DNA of 64,000 bases from Armatimonadota bacterium (GCA_030649165.1 JAUSGG010000025.1:3967-67966); one strand, 5' to 3'. Counted from the stretch's first letter, positions 10,529-20,379 are shown. The notes: generated from the letters alone by a model not told the origin. Numbers and translations: made by a program.

Positions 10529-13081
10529 CTACCGTTTCTTCTTGATTGGGGCGGCGAGTGGGGGCTTTTCGGTCCCGTTCGGGGTGAAGGTCTGTTTCGT
10601 GAGAAGAAGCGTGTCGATGGCCGCGTAGTACGGCGCGTCGGACTTGGAAACCTGCAAGGCTAACGTGTGCTGTCCGGGAGTCAGGCTGACGAGTCCTGCC
10701 CTGAACCAGGCTATGGAATCAGCGTACGGCGCTGACTCGGCGCTCGGGTCGATAGCCTGCCACGCGCCGCCGTCCACCGAGTATTCCAGCCCCGACGCCC
10801 CTGACCGGCCCGGAGGGGCCGCCGCCAGCCAGAAGGTGTAGCTTCCTTCGGACGGGGCGTTGAACGTAAAGGTAACGCCGTACGGCTTGACCGGAGGATC
10901 TTCAGACGTGGAGACCCGCAAATACCGCGCTCCGCTGCAACCGCCCAGAGCCGTGGCGCCGTCCAGATTATGGTCTCTTGCCGACTCAGCCTCTATCCAA
11001 ACATACTGGCTGATCGATGGAGCCAGGGCGCGCAGTTTGGCGGACGCCGACTCGTACGCCAGGAGTGGGTGGAAATCCATCAAAAGCTGCCTGGCTTGTT
11101 CGACGGACGCGGCGTAGCCGGAAACGTTGACTCCGGCCCGCGCGGCCGCTGTCACGGCGGCTTCGAGAATGTCTATCTGAGACTCGGCGATCTCGGTCGG
11201 GAATAACTGGTCCGGCGGCAGGCCGTAGACTAGAACCGGGGTCTCGGACAACTGCAGGGTCAGAACGTCCTTTTTCGGAGAGATTTGCGCGGCGGCCTTG
11301 CTCGCCTCAGAGACGCCGAACGTCTGTCCCCTCAGCTTGATCGTCACCCTGGCAGGCCCCTTGGCGGACCACAGAACGACGCCGTCCGCCGTGATCGGGC
11401 GCAGCTTGTTCGGAGCGGACAGCGCCAATGGCGTCTCGACGGGAGATCGGGCGTCGCCGGCCAGGGTGTAGCCAAAGATGTTCTCGCCTATCTGAATCGG
11501 CTGACCATACCGAGAGGTGGGAAGCCACCACGTATTCTGATCGACCTTCCTGACCCCGGCCCCAGTCAGGACGGAGTGCGGGTAGAAAAGGACATCAGGC
11601 GCGTAGTCCTCAACGGTCGAATCCAGTTGCTTACCGAAGTCGGCAACGGCGCTGAGAACCGGTTGGGGAGAGGCGGAACCCGGAGCGTCTCGCGGCAACT
11701 GGGCAAAGAAGCCTTTCGCGCCAATATCTTTCAGCCGGGCGAGCGCGCGGGGGATATCCGACACGTCGGCGCCGGGCGCGACGACGCCGATGAACCACAC
11801 GATCTTGCCGGAATCGAATGTCAGCGCGTACGCCTGTCCCGCGTTCGCGGTGTCGCCGTCCGAATCGCCGGACACGACCGCGCTCAACCCGTCAAATCCG
11901 CCGTCGTCGCGGTTGTTGGCGTAGATCGAATGATAGGAGTCGGCGGCGAAGACCACCGGAGCGTCGGCGCATCGTTTCAGGGCGTCGGCTATCGCGTTCA
12001 AAGCCTGTTGAATGGAGGCGTTGCGGAAGTCCAGGATGTCTTTCCACATCGCCGAAGCCGATATGTTGACTTCGAGATACGTATCAGTGGAGCGATCGAA
12101 CGCAAGACCGAGTCCTCTGCCCTCCCACCAGAGGGGTATCAGGCGCGCGGCCTGTTCATAGGATGCGTCATCGCTCCGGCCTATTCCCCAAGCGGAGTAC
12201 AGGGCCTCCGGGGCTCGATATTTCAGGCTCAACCAGCCCTCGAACTCAACATGAAAACTCTGAGAGGTGGGGATCGCATTGACCATGTCGCCCGCGGGAA
12301 CGACGCCTGCCGCCAGCGGCGAATAGAAGAACCTGAAACCCTCGCCGAATTCGATCTCGCGGAAGAAGTCGATCAGCCTGTCCCGGTATTCGTCGGCGCC
12401 CTGCCAGAGATCCGGCATCATCCCGCGTCCCGTCGCGATTTCCTTCGTTGGAAACAGCAGGAGGGCCCGGGTCTGCTCCGCGTCAAAGCTGAGTTTGAGA
12501 GTGGCCTTGTCGTTCGCGGCGCGTAGATAACCGGAGTCGATGGCCGTTCCGGTGACCGGATCGGCTATGACAAAGAACCCGCTTTGCGCGTGTGGAAGGT
12601 CGATGGTAAGCTGACCGGACTCCGTCAGTCTTGGGATTCTATACTTTCTGGGGCAGACGACGATTCCGGTCGCGCGGACCGCGGGGCCGTCGTCAAGCTC
12701 GATCCCATAGGAGAACCCCTGCTGTTCGAGATGATCTATCAGCTTTTGCCAGCTCGAAGTAGGAAAACTCGTGGCGGGGCCGGGACCGCGAACAAGCAGG
12801 TCGGCTATACCGGCGGTCTTCAGTGAGACCAGAGCGCCGGCGTCTTTCTGCCAGTCCGACTCGGTCTGACTCGAAAGGAACGCGGAGGTGAACACGACGC
12901 CGGCGGGAATGTATGCCTGTTCGTCCCACATCAGCGCGCGGGATTCGTTCACGCGCCAGGGGTGACGGCCTGCGTCACGGTCGACGAAGACGCCCTTGGC
13001 GCCAGGTTGCCCCGCCGCCAGCGCAGCTCCGCGGGACGCGGCAAGGGCCAGGATAATTGTCAAAGCGAGCCAGTTTTTCAT
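10529..13081 (-). CDS. secreted hypothetical protein, probable glycoside-hydrolase-like with C-terminal carbohydrate-binding-like domain
   Basis: 850 aa. N-terminal signal peptide MKNWLALTIILALAAS. Long uninterrupted ORF. Function call is weak. Confidence 0.5.
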   Translation of the reverse strand: MKNWLALTIILALAASRGAALAAGQPGAKGVFVDRDAGRHPWRVNESRALMWDEQAYIPAGVVFTSAFLSSQTESDWQKDAGALVSLKTAGIADLLVRGPGPATSFPTSSWQKLIDHLEQQGFSYGIELDDGPAVRATGIVVCPRKYRIPRLTESGQLTIDLPHAQSGFFVIADPVTGTAIDSGYLRAANDKATLKLSFDAEQTRALLLFPTKEIATGRGMMPDLWQGADEYRDRLIDFFREIEFGEGFRFFYSPLAAGVVPAGDMVNAIPTSQSFHVEFEGWLSLKYRAPEALYSAWGIGRSDDASYEQAARLIPLWWEGRGLGLAFDRSTDTYLEVNISASAMWKDILDFRNASIQQALNAIADALKRCADAPVVFAADSYHSIYANNRDDGGFDGLSAVVSGDSDGDTANAGQAYALTFDSGKIVWFIGVVAPGADVSDIPRALARLKDIGAKGFFAQLPRDAPGSASPQPVLSAVADFGKQLDSTVEDYAPDVLFYPHSVLTGAGVRKVDQNTWWLPTSRYGQPIQIGENIFGYTLAGDARSPVETPLALSAPNKLRPITADGVVLWSAKGPARVTIKLRGQTFGVSEASKAAAQISPKKDVLTLQLSETPVLVYGLPPDQLFPTEIAESQIDILEAAVTAAARAGVNVSGYAASVEQARQLLMDFHPLLAYESASAKLRALAPSISQYVWIEAESARDHNLDGATALGGCSGARYLRVSTSEDPPVKPYGVTFTFNAPSEGSYTFWLAAAPPGRSGASGLEYSVDGGAWQAIDPSAESAPYADSIAWFRAGLVSLTPGQHTLALQVSKSDAPYYAAIDTLLLTKQTFTPNGTEKPPLAAPIKKKR

Positions 13082-13261
13082 GATGGTTCCAAGGGTTTCA
13101 GGGTTTTAGGGTCTTAGGGGACGACGCGCTCTGCGGGAACTGACTTCGACGATGTTCGATGACTCAGCCGTACCAGGCCGTTCCCGCGGGATAAACCTTA
13201 AGACCCTTACAGCCCTTCTCTTCAATACAAACGACGACTTGCGGCTGGTTATAGTTCCCGG

Positions 13262-14935
13262 CTACATTCGTTCGGGCGCGTTTACGCCGAGCATCGTAAG
13301 GACATTGCGGAGCACGGTCCGGCTTGCTTCCACGAGGACGAGGCGGGCGTTGGTCACCGCAGGCTCCTCGCCCAGCACGCGGCAATCTCTGTAGAACGCG
13401 TGGAACAGCGCGGCCAAATCTCTGGCATAGGCGGTCAACCTGTGCGGCTGGTGGGATTCGGCCGCAATGCGAATCTCCTCCGGGTATTCGGCCATCTTCT
13501 TGACAAGCGCGATTTCGCTTTCGTGTCCAAGCGCTGAAAGGTCGGTCGCCTCGGCGGACGGCACGGCCAGTCCCTCGTCGGCCGCGGACCTGATAATACT
13601 GCAAATCCTCGCGTGCGCGTACTGCACGTAGAAGACGGGATTCTCGGAGGACTGCTGTGTGGCGAGCTCCAGGTCGAAATCGAGAGAGCTGTCGGCGGTG
13701 CGCATCAGGAGGAAGAACCGTGAGGCGTCTTTGCCCACCTCTTCCACGAGCTCGCCGAGAGGTATGAGCTCGCCGGCGCGTTTGGACATCATCACCAACT
13801 CGCCGCCCGAGAACAGCCGGACGGTTTGGTATATGATCACGTCGAGCTTGTCGGGGTCGTAGCCCAGGGCCGCGACCGCGGCCTTCGTGCGGGCTATATA
13901 ACCGTGGTGCTGCGGACCCCACACGTTGATCAGCCGTTGAAACCCGCGGTCGAACTTGTCGGCGTGATAAGCCGTGTCGCTGGCGATATAGGTAGGTTGG
14001 CCGTTGCGCCTGATCAACGCGCGGTCTTTGTCGTCGCCGAACGCGGTGGACTTCAGCCAGAGGGCGCCCTTATCCTCGTATGCGTAGCCCCTGGCTTTCA
14101 AGGTGTCAATGGCGTTCCGGACTTTGCTCGACTCGTGCAGACTGCGCTCGGAATACCAGTTGTCGAAGACCACGCCAAACGCCTTCAGGTCCGCATTCTG
14201 AACGGCCAGCATCTCGCGTTCGCCGAGATCGGTGAAAACCCGCACCCGCTCTGTTTTCGACAGAGAAAGGTACTTGTCGCCGTCGCGCTCCACTATCTGC
14301 TTCGCGATTTGCGTGACGTACTCGCCCTTGTAGCCGTCTTCGGGGAAAGGCGCGTCCTGGCCGAGCGCCTGCAGGTATCTGGCCTCCAGCGACTTGCCGA
14401 AGTGCTGCATTTGAAGGCTGTTCACCGCGTCGTTTACGTAGTACTCCCGGCACACGTCGTAACCGACGGCCTCCAGCAGATTGGAGAGCACGTCGCCGAT
14501 GGCGCCGCCTCGCGCGCTGCCTACGGTGATTGGGCCGTTAGGGTTGGCGCTGACGAACTCGACCAGTACACTCTCGCCGGTGTGAAGCGGGGCGTGGCCG
14601 TACTTCTCGCCTTCGGACTCGATTCGGCGCAGAACGTCGCCAAGCCAGTCGGGTTTCAGGAAGAAATTGATGAATCCCGCGCCGGCGACCTCAGCCTTCT
14701 CTATCAGTCCGCCGTCCGCCGGCAGTCGCTCGATCAGCTTAGCGGCGACTTCGCGCGGAGACATCTTGACCTGCCCGGCGAGGACCATAGCGATGTTGGT
14801 CGAGTAATCGCCGAAGGCCTTGTTCCGGGGCGTTTCCAGCTCCACGTGGGGAGCGTCGCTGAGGGGCAAATCCCCGGCCTCGGCCGCTCCGCGAAGCGCC
14901 GCTTCGATAAGCTCAACTATTCTGTCTTTGATCAT
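13262..14935 (-). CDS. argS: arginine--tRNA ligase (ArgRS)
   Basis: 557 aa. PRNKAFGDYSTNIAM N-terminal domain, HIGH-like and KMSK-like regions, DALR anticodon-binding C-terminus. Confidence 0.96.
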   Translation of the reverse strand: MIKDRIVELIEAALRGAAEAGDLPLSDAPHVELETPRNKAFGDYSTNIAMVLAGQVKMSPREVAAKLIERLPADGGLIEKAEVAGAGFINFFLKPDWLGDVLRRIESEGEKYGHAPLHTGESVLVEFVSANPNGPITVGSARGGAIGDVLSNLLEAVGYDVCREYYVNDAVNSLQMQHFGKSLEARYLQALGQDAPFPEDGYKGEYVTQIAKQIVERDGDKYLSLSKTERVRVFTDLGEREMLAVQNADLKAFGVVFDNWYSERSLHESSKVRNAIDTLKARGYAYEDKGALWLKSTAFGDDKDRALIRRNGQPTYIASDTAYHADKFDRGFQRLINVWGPQHHGYIARTKAAVAALGYDPDKLDVIIYQTVRLFSGGELVMMSKRAGELIPLGELVEEVGKDASRFFLLMRTADSSLDFDLELATQQSSENPVFYVQYAHARICSIIRSAADEGLAVPSAEATDLSALGHESEIALVKKMAEYPEEIRIAAESHQPHRLTAYARDLAALFHAFYRDCRVLGEEPAVTNARLVLVEASRTVLRNVLTMLGVNAPERM

Positions 14936-14984
14936 ATTCCCGTCCTAACGTAGCTCTCAGCAATCAGCTATCAGCTTTGGTTCT

Positions 14985-15030
14985 GTTAAGAGTAAACCAC
15001 AGATAAACACAGATGAACGCGGATAAGGGA
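14985..15030. repeat. GATGAACGC/GATAAACAC decamer-array repeat (palindromic MITE-like family, half element)
   Basis: CCACAGATAAACACAGATGAACGCGGATAAGG. The same family as the hdr-flx intergenic elements. Confidence 0.7.
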
Positions 15031-15070
15031 TAGGCTGCTTCCGGTCCGCACGGGTGTGTTAAACGAGCGC

Positions 15071-15114
15071 TTCAACCCTCACCCCAACCCTCTCCCTTCC
15101 AGGGAGAGGGAGTT
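15071..15114. repeat. REP-like hairpin repeat TCACCCCAACCCTCTCCCTTCCAGGGAGAGGGAG
   Basis: 9-bp perfect stem CCCTCTCCC/GGGAGAGGG. Also at 20262-20301, 25587-25636, 45905-45940, 47701-47743 and 62810-62872. Confidence 0.8.
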
Positions 15115-15216
15115 TCCGAACGCGCCGGGTTTTTCTCTCATCATTGGGAGCGACCCCACCCCAACCCTTCCCTGAATGGGGAGGGGGCTACGCTCGACTC
15201 CTCCGACTCTCGACTC

Positions 15217-15426
15217 CTATCCCCCAATCGCCCGGTTCAGCTCTTCGACGATGACGTCCGGGTCCAGGTTGTGCATCAGCGCGCCTTCCTCCACGGTCTC
15301 CATAGCCGCGCCCATGCAGACGAAACACCCCAGACCGTGGCCGCTGAACACGTCAGCCGTTTGCGGATGGTTGCGGAGCAGGTCGGCAATCCGCGTATCT
15401 TTATTGACAGGCAGGTTCATCTCCAT
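15217..15426 (-). CDS. DUF1858 domain protein (small redox/disulfide-like)
   Basis: MEMNLPVNKDTRIADLLRNHPQTADVFSGHGLGCFVCMGAAMETVEEGA. Start moved to the internal Met 5 nt after the upstream stop. Confidence 0.55.
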   Translation of the reverse strand: MEMNLPVNKDTRIADLLRNHPQTADVFSGHGLGCFVCMGAAMETVEEGALMHNLDPDVIVEELNRAIGG

Positions 15427-15431
15427 CAGTG

Positions 15432-16598
15432 TTACACTCCCAAAAGCAGCGGGGTAAAGTGGAATATCCTGGACAGCAAATTCGACACGGCGAATACGAA
15501 GGCAAGGCCGCCCATACTCTGCAATATGCCGGTGTTCCATACTCTGGCAAGTCCGTAAGCCTGGTAGTTGGGCTGTTCCTGAAATCTGGCGATCAACTCT
15601 TTTCCCGCTCTGAGGCCGTTTTCGAGCTGCCGGCTGCTCGGCGGTTTTGTCGTCGCCACTCGCTGGATGTATCCTCCGACAGCCCGCCAGCCAAGGATGA
15701 CAACCATAAAGGCAATCAGCACCGCGACGTCGCTTGAAAAGCTTCCCGTGATCACAAGGAATACGCTGGCGCCGGCCAGGAGGTTAGTTCCGCAGCGGGC
15801 GTGGACCCTCGGCATCTCGCTGACGATCTCCGGGGTGAGCTCCTCGCCCACCTCTATCGCGTGAACCGTCATGTGCTCGGCGGCGTGATAGCCGGAGAGC
15901 GGCGAGAGGCGTATCGCGGTCATAATGAGGACAATAATGAGAACCGGGGGCAGCCATTGCGCCGCATAGAACCAGTTCGCAACAGGGGCCCGTCCCTCCA
16001 ACAGAGCGCGGGCCGGAATGTGAGTGAATGACTCGATCCCAACGGCCAGGCACCACACGACGACAATCGCCGCAAGCATACACAGCCCCAGCATAACGCC
16101 GCTGAGGAACAGGCCCAGGTTTCCCGCTCCGGCCCGGACGCTTCCGTTCGTCAGGTACACCCCAAGCGGCGTCGCCATGCCCGCGACGTTAGAGGGCCGG
16201 AGCGATCCTGCCAGGAATCCAAGAACATCGGAGCGCGTGACTACGCCGTAGAAACCGCCGAAATCATCGACGATCGGCAGCGCGTCCTCGTCGGACGAGG
16301 AAAAGACGTCAGCCACCTGGCCGATGGTCATATCCCTGTGCGCGAACGCGACCTGCGAATGGATGGCGCCGGCGATCGGAACTTCCGAAGCCGAAGCCGC
16401 CTGGCCTTCGCGAACGGCTTCCGCAATAGCGCGCAGCACGGAAGCCTCGGACACCACGCCAATGACGCGGCCGTTATCTACTACGGGCAAGGCGCTGACG
16501 CCGCCCGCCCGCAAAAGGCCGGCAGCCCGCGCCGCGCTGTCAGCGGGCGAAAGCGCCTTAACCGGCCTCGCCAGATTGATAATTGGTTTGTTCAGCAT
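15432..16598 (-). CDS. CBS-pair domain fused to DUF1385-like polytopic membrane domain
   Basis: Two CBS motifs (ALPVVDNGRVIGVVS, DALPIVDDFGGFYGVVT), then TM helices and YHAAEHMTVHAIE. Start at MLNKPIINL; the upstream 20 codons lie in repeat DNA. Confidence 0.7.
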   Translation of the reverse strand: MLNKPIINLARPVKALSPADSAARAAGLLRAGGVSALPVVDNGRVIGVVSEASVLRAIAEAVREGQAASASEVPIAGAIHSQVAFAHRDMTIGQVADVFSSSDEDALPIVDDFGGFYGVVTRSDVLGFLAGSLRPSNVAGMATPLGVYLTNGSVRAGAGNLGLFLSGVMLGLCMLAAIVVVWCLAVGIESFTHIPARALLEGRAPVANWFYAAQWLPPVLIIVLIMTAIRLSPLSGYHAAEHMTVHAIEVGEELTPEIVSEMPRVHARCGTNLLAGASVFLVITGSFSSDVAVLIAFMVVILGWRAVGGYIQRVATTKPPSSRQLENGLRAGKELIARFQEQPNYQAYGLARVWNTGILQSMGGLAFVFAVSNLLSRIFHFTPLLLGV

Positions 16599-16691
16599 TT
16601 CAGTTGTCGGTTGATGGTCAGATCGGTCGGATCGGACCGATCCGACCGATCTCCCCACTCACTCTACTCTTTCTTGTCGGAACTGCCCCCC

Positions 16692-16730
16692 TTGACTCGT
16701 CCGACTGCTTTATGATACTATACCACTTGC
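16692..16730 (+). promoter_or_regulatory. possible sigma70-type promoter upstream of rpmB
   Basis: TTGACT at 16692-16697, followed by TATGATACTAT. Spacing is ambiguous (13-19 nt). Confidence 0.25.
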
Positions 16731-16833
16731 TGTTTTTAAGCTACCTATGCTTCGGGATACGTCATCCCGAAGCCGCGAATTCTATCCCTCTCCAGGCGCT
16801 TTGCCTGGAGCAAACTAATGGAGAGACCCCGAT

Positions 16834-17049
16834 ATGGCAAACCGATGTGTGATCTGCGGCAAGGGGCCCCAGTTCGGACAGAACATCAGACACGTTCACT
16901 CCGGGTCCTGGGCTCTTCGCGCCCCAAGGACGAAGCGCAGGTGGCTGCCCAACCTGCAGAACATCAGAATTGTGCGGAACAACACGCCGAAGCGCGCGAA
17001 GGTCTGCGCCAAGTGTATGAAGGCCGGCAAAATCGTCAGGGCCACGTAG
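16834..17049 (+). CDS. rpmB: 50S ribosomal protein L28
   Basis: MANRCVICGKGPQFGQNIRHVHSGSWALRAPRTKRRWLPNLQN matches the L28 pattern (C..TGK.P..GN..SH....T.R.F.PNL). Confidence 0.85.
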   Translation: MANRCVICGKGPQFGQNIRHVHSGSWALRAPRTKRRWLPNLQNIRIVRNNTPKRAKVCAKCMKAGKIVRAT

Positions 17050-17278
17050 CCCGGAAAAAGCCCCATCAACAACAAAAGGGAGAACTCCCGATAAACCGGG
17101 ACGTTTTCCCTTTTTGTTTGCCGGTTGCCGCAGCGAACTGTGTCAGCCAAGAGGATTATACATCAAGCCGGTTCGGTTTTCAAGCATTTGAGTCGGGGAA
17201 TGAGTCGGAGGAGTCGGAAGAGTCGAAGGATTCCGCGGGATCCTCAAGCGCCGAAAGAACGCCAAGGAGGCCTTATCA

Positions 17279-17848
17279 ATGAGTGCGAAGCGTTTCGCTG
17301 ACGGACAGGCGCGTGAACTCCTAAGGAACTACATTGCTACTCGAAATAGGGCAGACGCGGAACCTCTGATCTCCAGCGCCATGCCACTTATCCGGTTGCT
17401 GGCGGGACGTTTTCACCGGCTGGTACCGAAGATCGCGCTGGACGACTTCATCGAGGAAGGCAAGATCGGCGCAATCACAGCCGCGGATCTGGCGGGGCCG
17501 GATTTCTACGATGTGGGCGCGTCCACGGACCCGCGGATGTATGCCGCGCCCTTTATCGCGGGGCATTTAGTGTCGTTCCTGCGCGATTTGGGGATCATCA
17601 CCAGACCTTCCGAAACTGAGGATCGAGTGCGACACGTTGTTGACGCGGCGCTAGCCGATCTCGCGAAGGAGTTGGGCCGATTTCCTACAGATGAGGAGCT
17701 AGCGGCCAGTATGAGTGTAAGTGTCGAGCGATTGCGACGCCTGCTGTTGATCTGCTGCGCACACTGGAACAGTTCGTCATACTGGCGGGGACACGCGGAG
17801 CAGGAATCGCAGCGATTGCGCGACGCGCGGACGGTCGATCCCGAGTGA
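17279..17848 (+). CDS. sigma-70 family sigma factor-like protein, apparently lacking region 4
   Basis: Region-2-like DDFIEEGKIGAITAADLAGPDF and region-3-like PTDEELAASMSVSVERL. No HTH region 4 before the stop. Confidence 0.4.
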   Translation: MSAKRFADGQARELLRNYIATRNRADAEPLISSAMPLIRLLAGRFHRLVPKIALDDFIEEGKIGAITAADLAGPDFYDVGASTDPRMYAAPFIAGHLVSFLRDLGIITRPSETEDRVRHVVDAALADLAKELGRFPTDEELAASMSVSVERLRRLLLICCAHWNSSSYWRGHAEQESQRLRDARTVDPE

Positions 17849-17891
17849 TCGGAACCGGAGATTGCGGCTGAATGCCAGACGCTTCGCTCCT

Positions 17892-18839
17892 CTATCGCAG
17901 TGGACCCAGGAGCGCGTGGGGAAACCATTCGAGGAAGCGCTCGGCGTCCACGCAGGCGCCGGCGCGATGACGTCCGGACGGATCGGGCGTGAAAGTCGTG
18001 TATCGATTGCAGTCGATATGCATGAGGCCGGACTCGTACCTCACGAATCCCCGACCACATGCTTCAGCGGCCGCAAGCGCATCGTGAGGACACGTGCCCG
18101 TTATGGGCTTGTTAAAGCTCTCGGATCTGTGCTCCAACCAGACCTTGAGCATGCTCCCCACCAGCACGGCTTCGGGGGGGCCATCCGAGTCAGTCAGAGC
18201 CCGCACCGAGGAACCATCCCACCACACTTGCGTGGTGACGTCGTTGGTCACCGCGGATATCCGCGCCTCCGATTCGAAAACCTCTCTCGCCGCCCGCAAG
18301 TCCGCCCACACATTGTGCGAAGGCTCGGACCGATATTTCGTGCCTTGCTGAAGGTTTTCCGGCGCTCTCGCCGGAAAGGTCACTCCGCATCCCATGAAGT
18401 ATATTGCCTTTGCCTTTTCGGCCACTTGCGGGTTTTCGCGGATGGCCATCGCGACGTTGGTCAGCGGTCCGAGGGCGACCAGAGTGACCTCTCCGGGATT
18501 ACGGACCACCGTGTCCGCGATGAACTCGTTTGCGCGCGTCCCTATGCCCAGGTCGGTCAGATCGGCGCGACTCTCGTCGTCATCGAGGATACCCTTGCCC
18601 TCCGTGCCCGTGTGCCACACCTGGGGCCACCGACTGAGCGGCTGCGCGCTTCCGGCAAACACGGGAACGTTGAGGCCGCGCGCGTTTATGATCTTCTTGG
18701 CGATCTTTGCGCGCACGTCAACGCAGCCGTAAGTGGTCGTGACGCCAAGGATGTCAACCTCGGCCATGTGGAGCAGCAGCAACAGAGCAAGAGCGTCGTC
18801 GATGTCAGAACCGATATCGGTATCTATGAGGAGCTTCAT
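17892..18839 (-). CDS. inosine-uridine preferring nucleoside hydrolase
   Basis: MKLLIDTDIGSDIDDALAL is the IU-NH aspartate cluster. The start is trimmed from the 420-aa track ORF to this Met. Confidence 0.85.
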   Translation of the reverse strand: MKLLIDTDIGSDIDDALALLLLLHMAEVDILGVTTTYGCVDVRAKIAKKIINARGLNVPVFAGSAQPLSRWPQVWHTGTEGKGILDDDESRADLTDLGIGTRANEFIADTVVRNPGEVTLVALGPLTNVAMAIRENPQVAEKAKAIYFMGCGVTFPARAPENLQQGTKYRSEPSHNVWADLRAAREVFESEARISAVTNDVTTQVWWDGSSVRALTDSDGPPEAVLVGSMLKVWLEHRSESFNKPITGTCPHDALAAAEACGRGFVRYESGLMHIDCNRYTTFTPDPSGRHRAGACVDAERFLEWFPHALLGPLR

Positions 18840-19111
18840 GTCCGGGTAAACCAGCAATCTCTCGGTCGTGAGGAACCGCTGGTTTCGGGATTTCCGGGTT
18901 GGGAGCGAGGTTGGGCTGTAACCGCACGAGTGTGAAGCCCAACCCTCAAATCCCGAAACACCGGGGTGGTTCCTTTCCGATATAACCCCGCACGCGGGTC
19001 GGTCGCTCGGAACGACCACCTGCCCGCAGGGGAAACCGCAGGGGAAACTCTTGCCAACCTCTCCCGCAACGGGTATTATACCACAAACAAACCGCGAAGG
19101 GGGGTGTCCAC

Positions 19112-20170
19112 ATGGCCAACTCGCCAGGCGAAGGCGCCGATGTGCGTCTGACAACTCTGTCTCACGGAGCCGGGTGAGCGTGCAAGCTCAGTCCTGAGCA
19201 ACTCTCGCAGGTCCTGCGAGACATGCCGCCGGTTCTGGATCAGAATGTGCTGGTCGGACTGACCACGGCCGACGACGCCGCCGTGTACAAGGTCAGCGAT
19301 GAGTTGGCGATCGTGCTCACGGTGGATTATTTCACGCCGCTGGTGGACGACCCCTACGATTTCGGGCGCATAGCCGCGGCCAACGCTCTCAGTGACGCCT
19401 ACGCGATGGGAGCAAATCCCGTAATTGCTCTGAACATCGTGGGGTTTCCGGTCAAAACAATGTCGCTGGAGTTGCTGAAAGACATCCTTCGCGGCGGGAG
19501 CGACGTCGCCGCCCAGGCCGGCGTGAGCGTTGTGGGCGGGCACTCGATCGACGATCCCGAGCCCAAGTACGGCATGGTCGTGCTTGGATTCGTCCACCCG
19601 GCGCAGGTATTATCGAACGCTACAGCCAGGCCCGGCGACGCGCTGTTCCTGACGAAGCCTTTGGGCACGGGGACAATCGCGACCGCTATCAAGAACGATA
19701 TCGCGCCGAGGGAGGTTGTCGATCGCGCCGTCAGTCTAATGACCACGCTCAACAAGTCCGCGGCGGAAGCCGCGAAACGAGTCGGAGTGAGCTCGTGCAC
19801 CGATGTGACGGGATTCGGGTTCCTCGGTCATCTGCATGAAATGACGTGGGCGAGCGGAGTAGGCGCGGTTATCCAACTGCCGGCGGTCCCGGCCATCGAA
19901 GGTGTTCGGGAGCTCCTGGCGCGGGACATGGCCCCCGGCGGCGCCTATAGAAACCGCGAGTTTCTGGAGAATTGCGGCGTACTGGAGTGGGGCGAGGGTA
20001 TAAGTGAGGAAGATAAGCTTCTGCTGTGTGATCCACAGACCTCCGGAGGGCTGCTGATAAGCGTTCCTGAAGCCCGCGCGGACGAGCTGCATCGGGAGCT
20101 GACGGGCGCGGCGAGGGTCGGGCGCATAGTGGAAGACGCGGATAGAAAGATTCGCGTCCGGGGCGGTTGA
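19112..20170 (+). CDS. selD: selenide, water dikinase (selenophosphate synthetase), selenocysteine-containing
   Basis: The track ORF 19223-20170 is SelD minus its N-terminus. Reading upstream in frame gives MANSPGEGADVRLTTLSHGAG-U-ACKLSPEQLSQVL, with TGA at 19175-19177 aligned to the catalytic Cys/Sec of SelD (E. coli HGAGCGCKISPKVL). A hairpin CUCGCAGGUCCUGCGAG lies 28 nt downstream. Confidence 0.85.
19186..19222 (+). promoter_or_regulatory. SECIS-like element within selD
   Basis: GCTCAGTCCTGAGC followed by CTCGCAGGTCCTGCGAG. The GCAGGUC..UGC apical region resembles the E. coli fdhF SECIS. Confidence 0.5.
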
Positions 20171-20344
20171 TGGTTGGTGGTTGGTCGTCGGTGGTTTGCC
20201 GGATTCGGAAATCGCCACCCGTCTGCAACCCAACGGGAGTTAGCGGTTGGCCATCACTTCAACCCTCACCCCAGCCCTCTCCCTGCCAGGGAGAGGGAGT
20301 TACCGGCGACTCCGCGGAACTATTAACAATGGCTGGAAAATATC

Positions 20345-20373
20345 TTGACAGACAGACGTAGGAGCGCTATAGT
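20345..20373 (+). promoter_or_regulatory. consensus sigma70 promoter (TTGACA-N17-TATAGT)
   Basis: TTGACA at 20345-20350, a 17-nt spacer, and TATAGT at 20368-20373. Confidence 0.55.
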
Positions 20374-20379
20374 TATTTT

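Noticed and set aside
14985-15030. GCGGATAAAC / CACAGATAAAC units considered as DnaA boxes or a replication origin
   Set aside because: They match the TTATCCACA consensus at only 5-7 of 9 positions. They are dispersed at over 10 loci rather than clustered with an AT-rich DUE, and no dnaA/dnaN is in the window.
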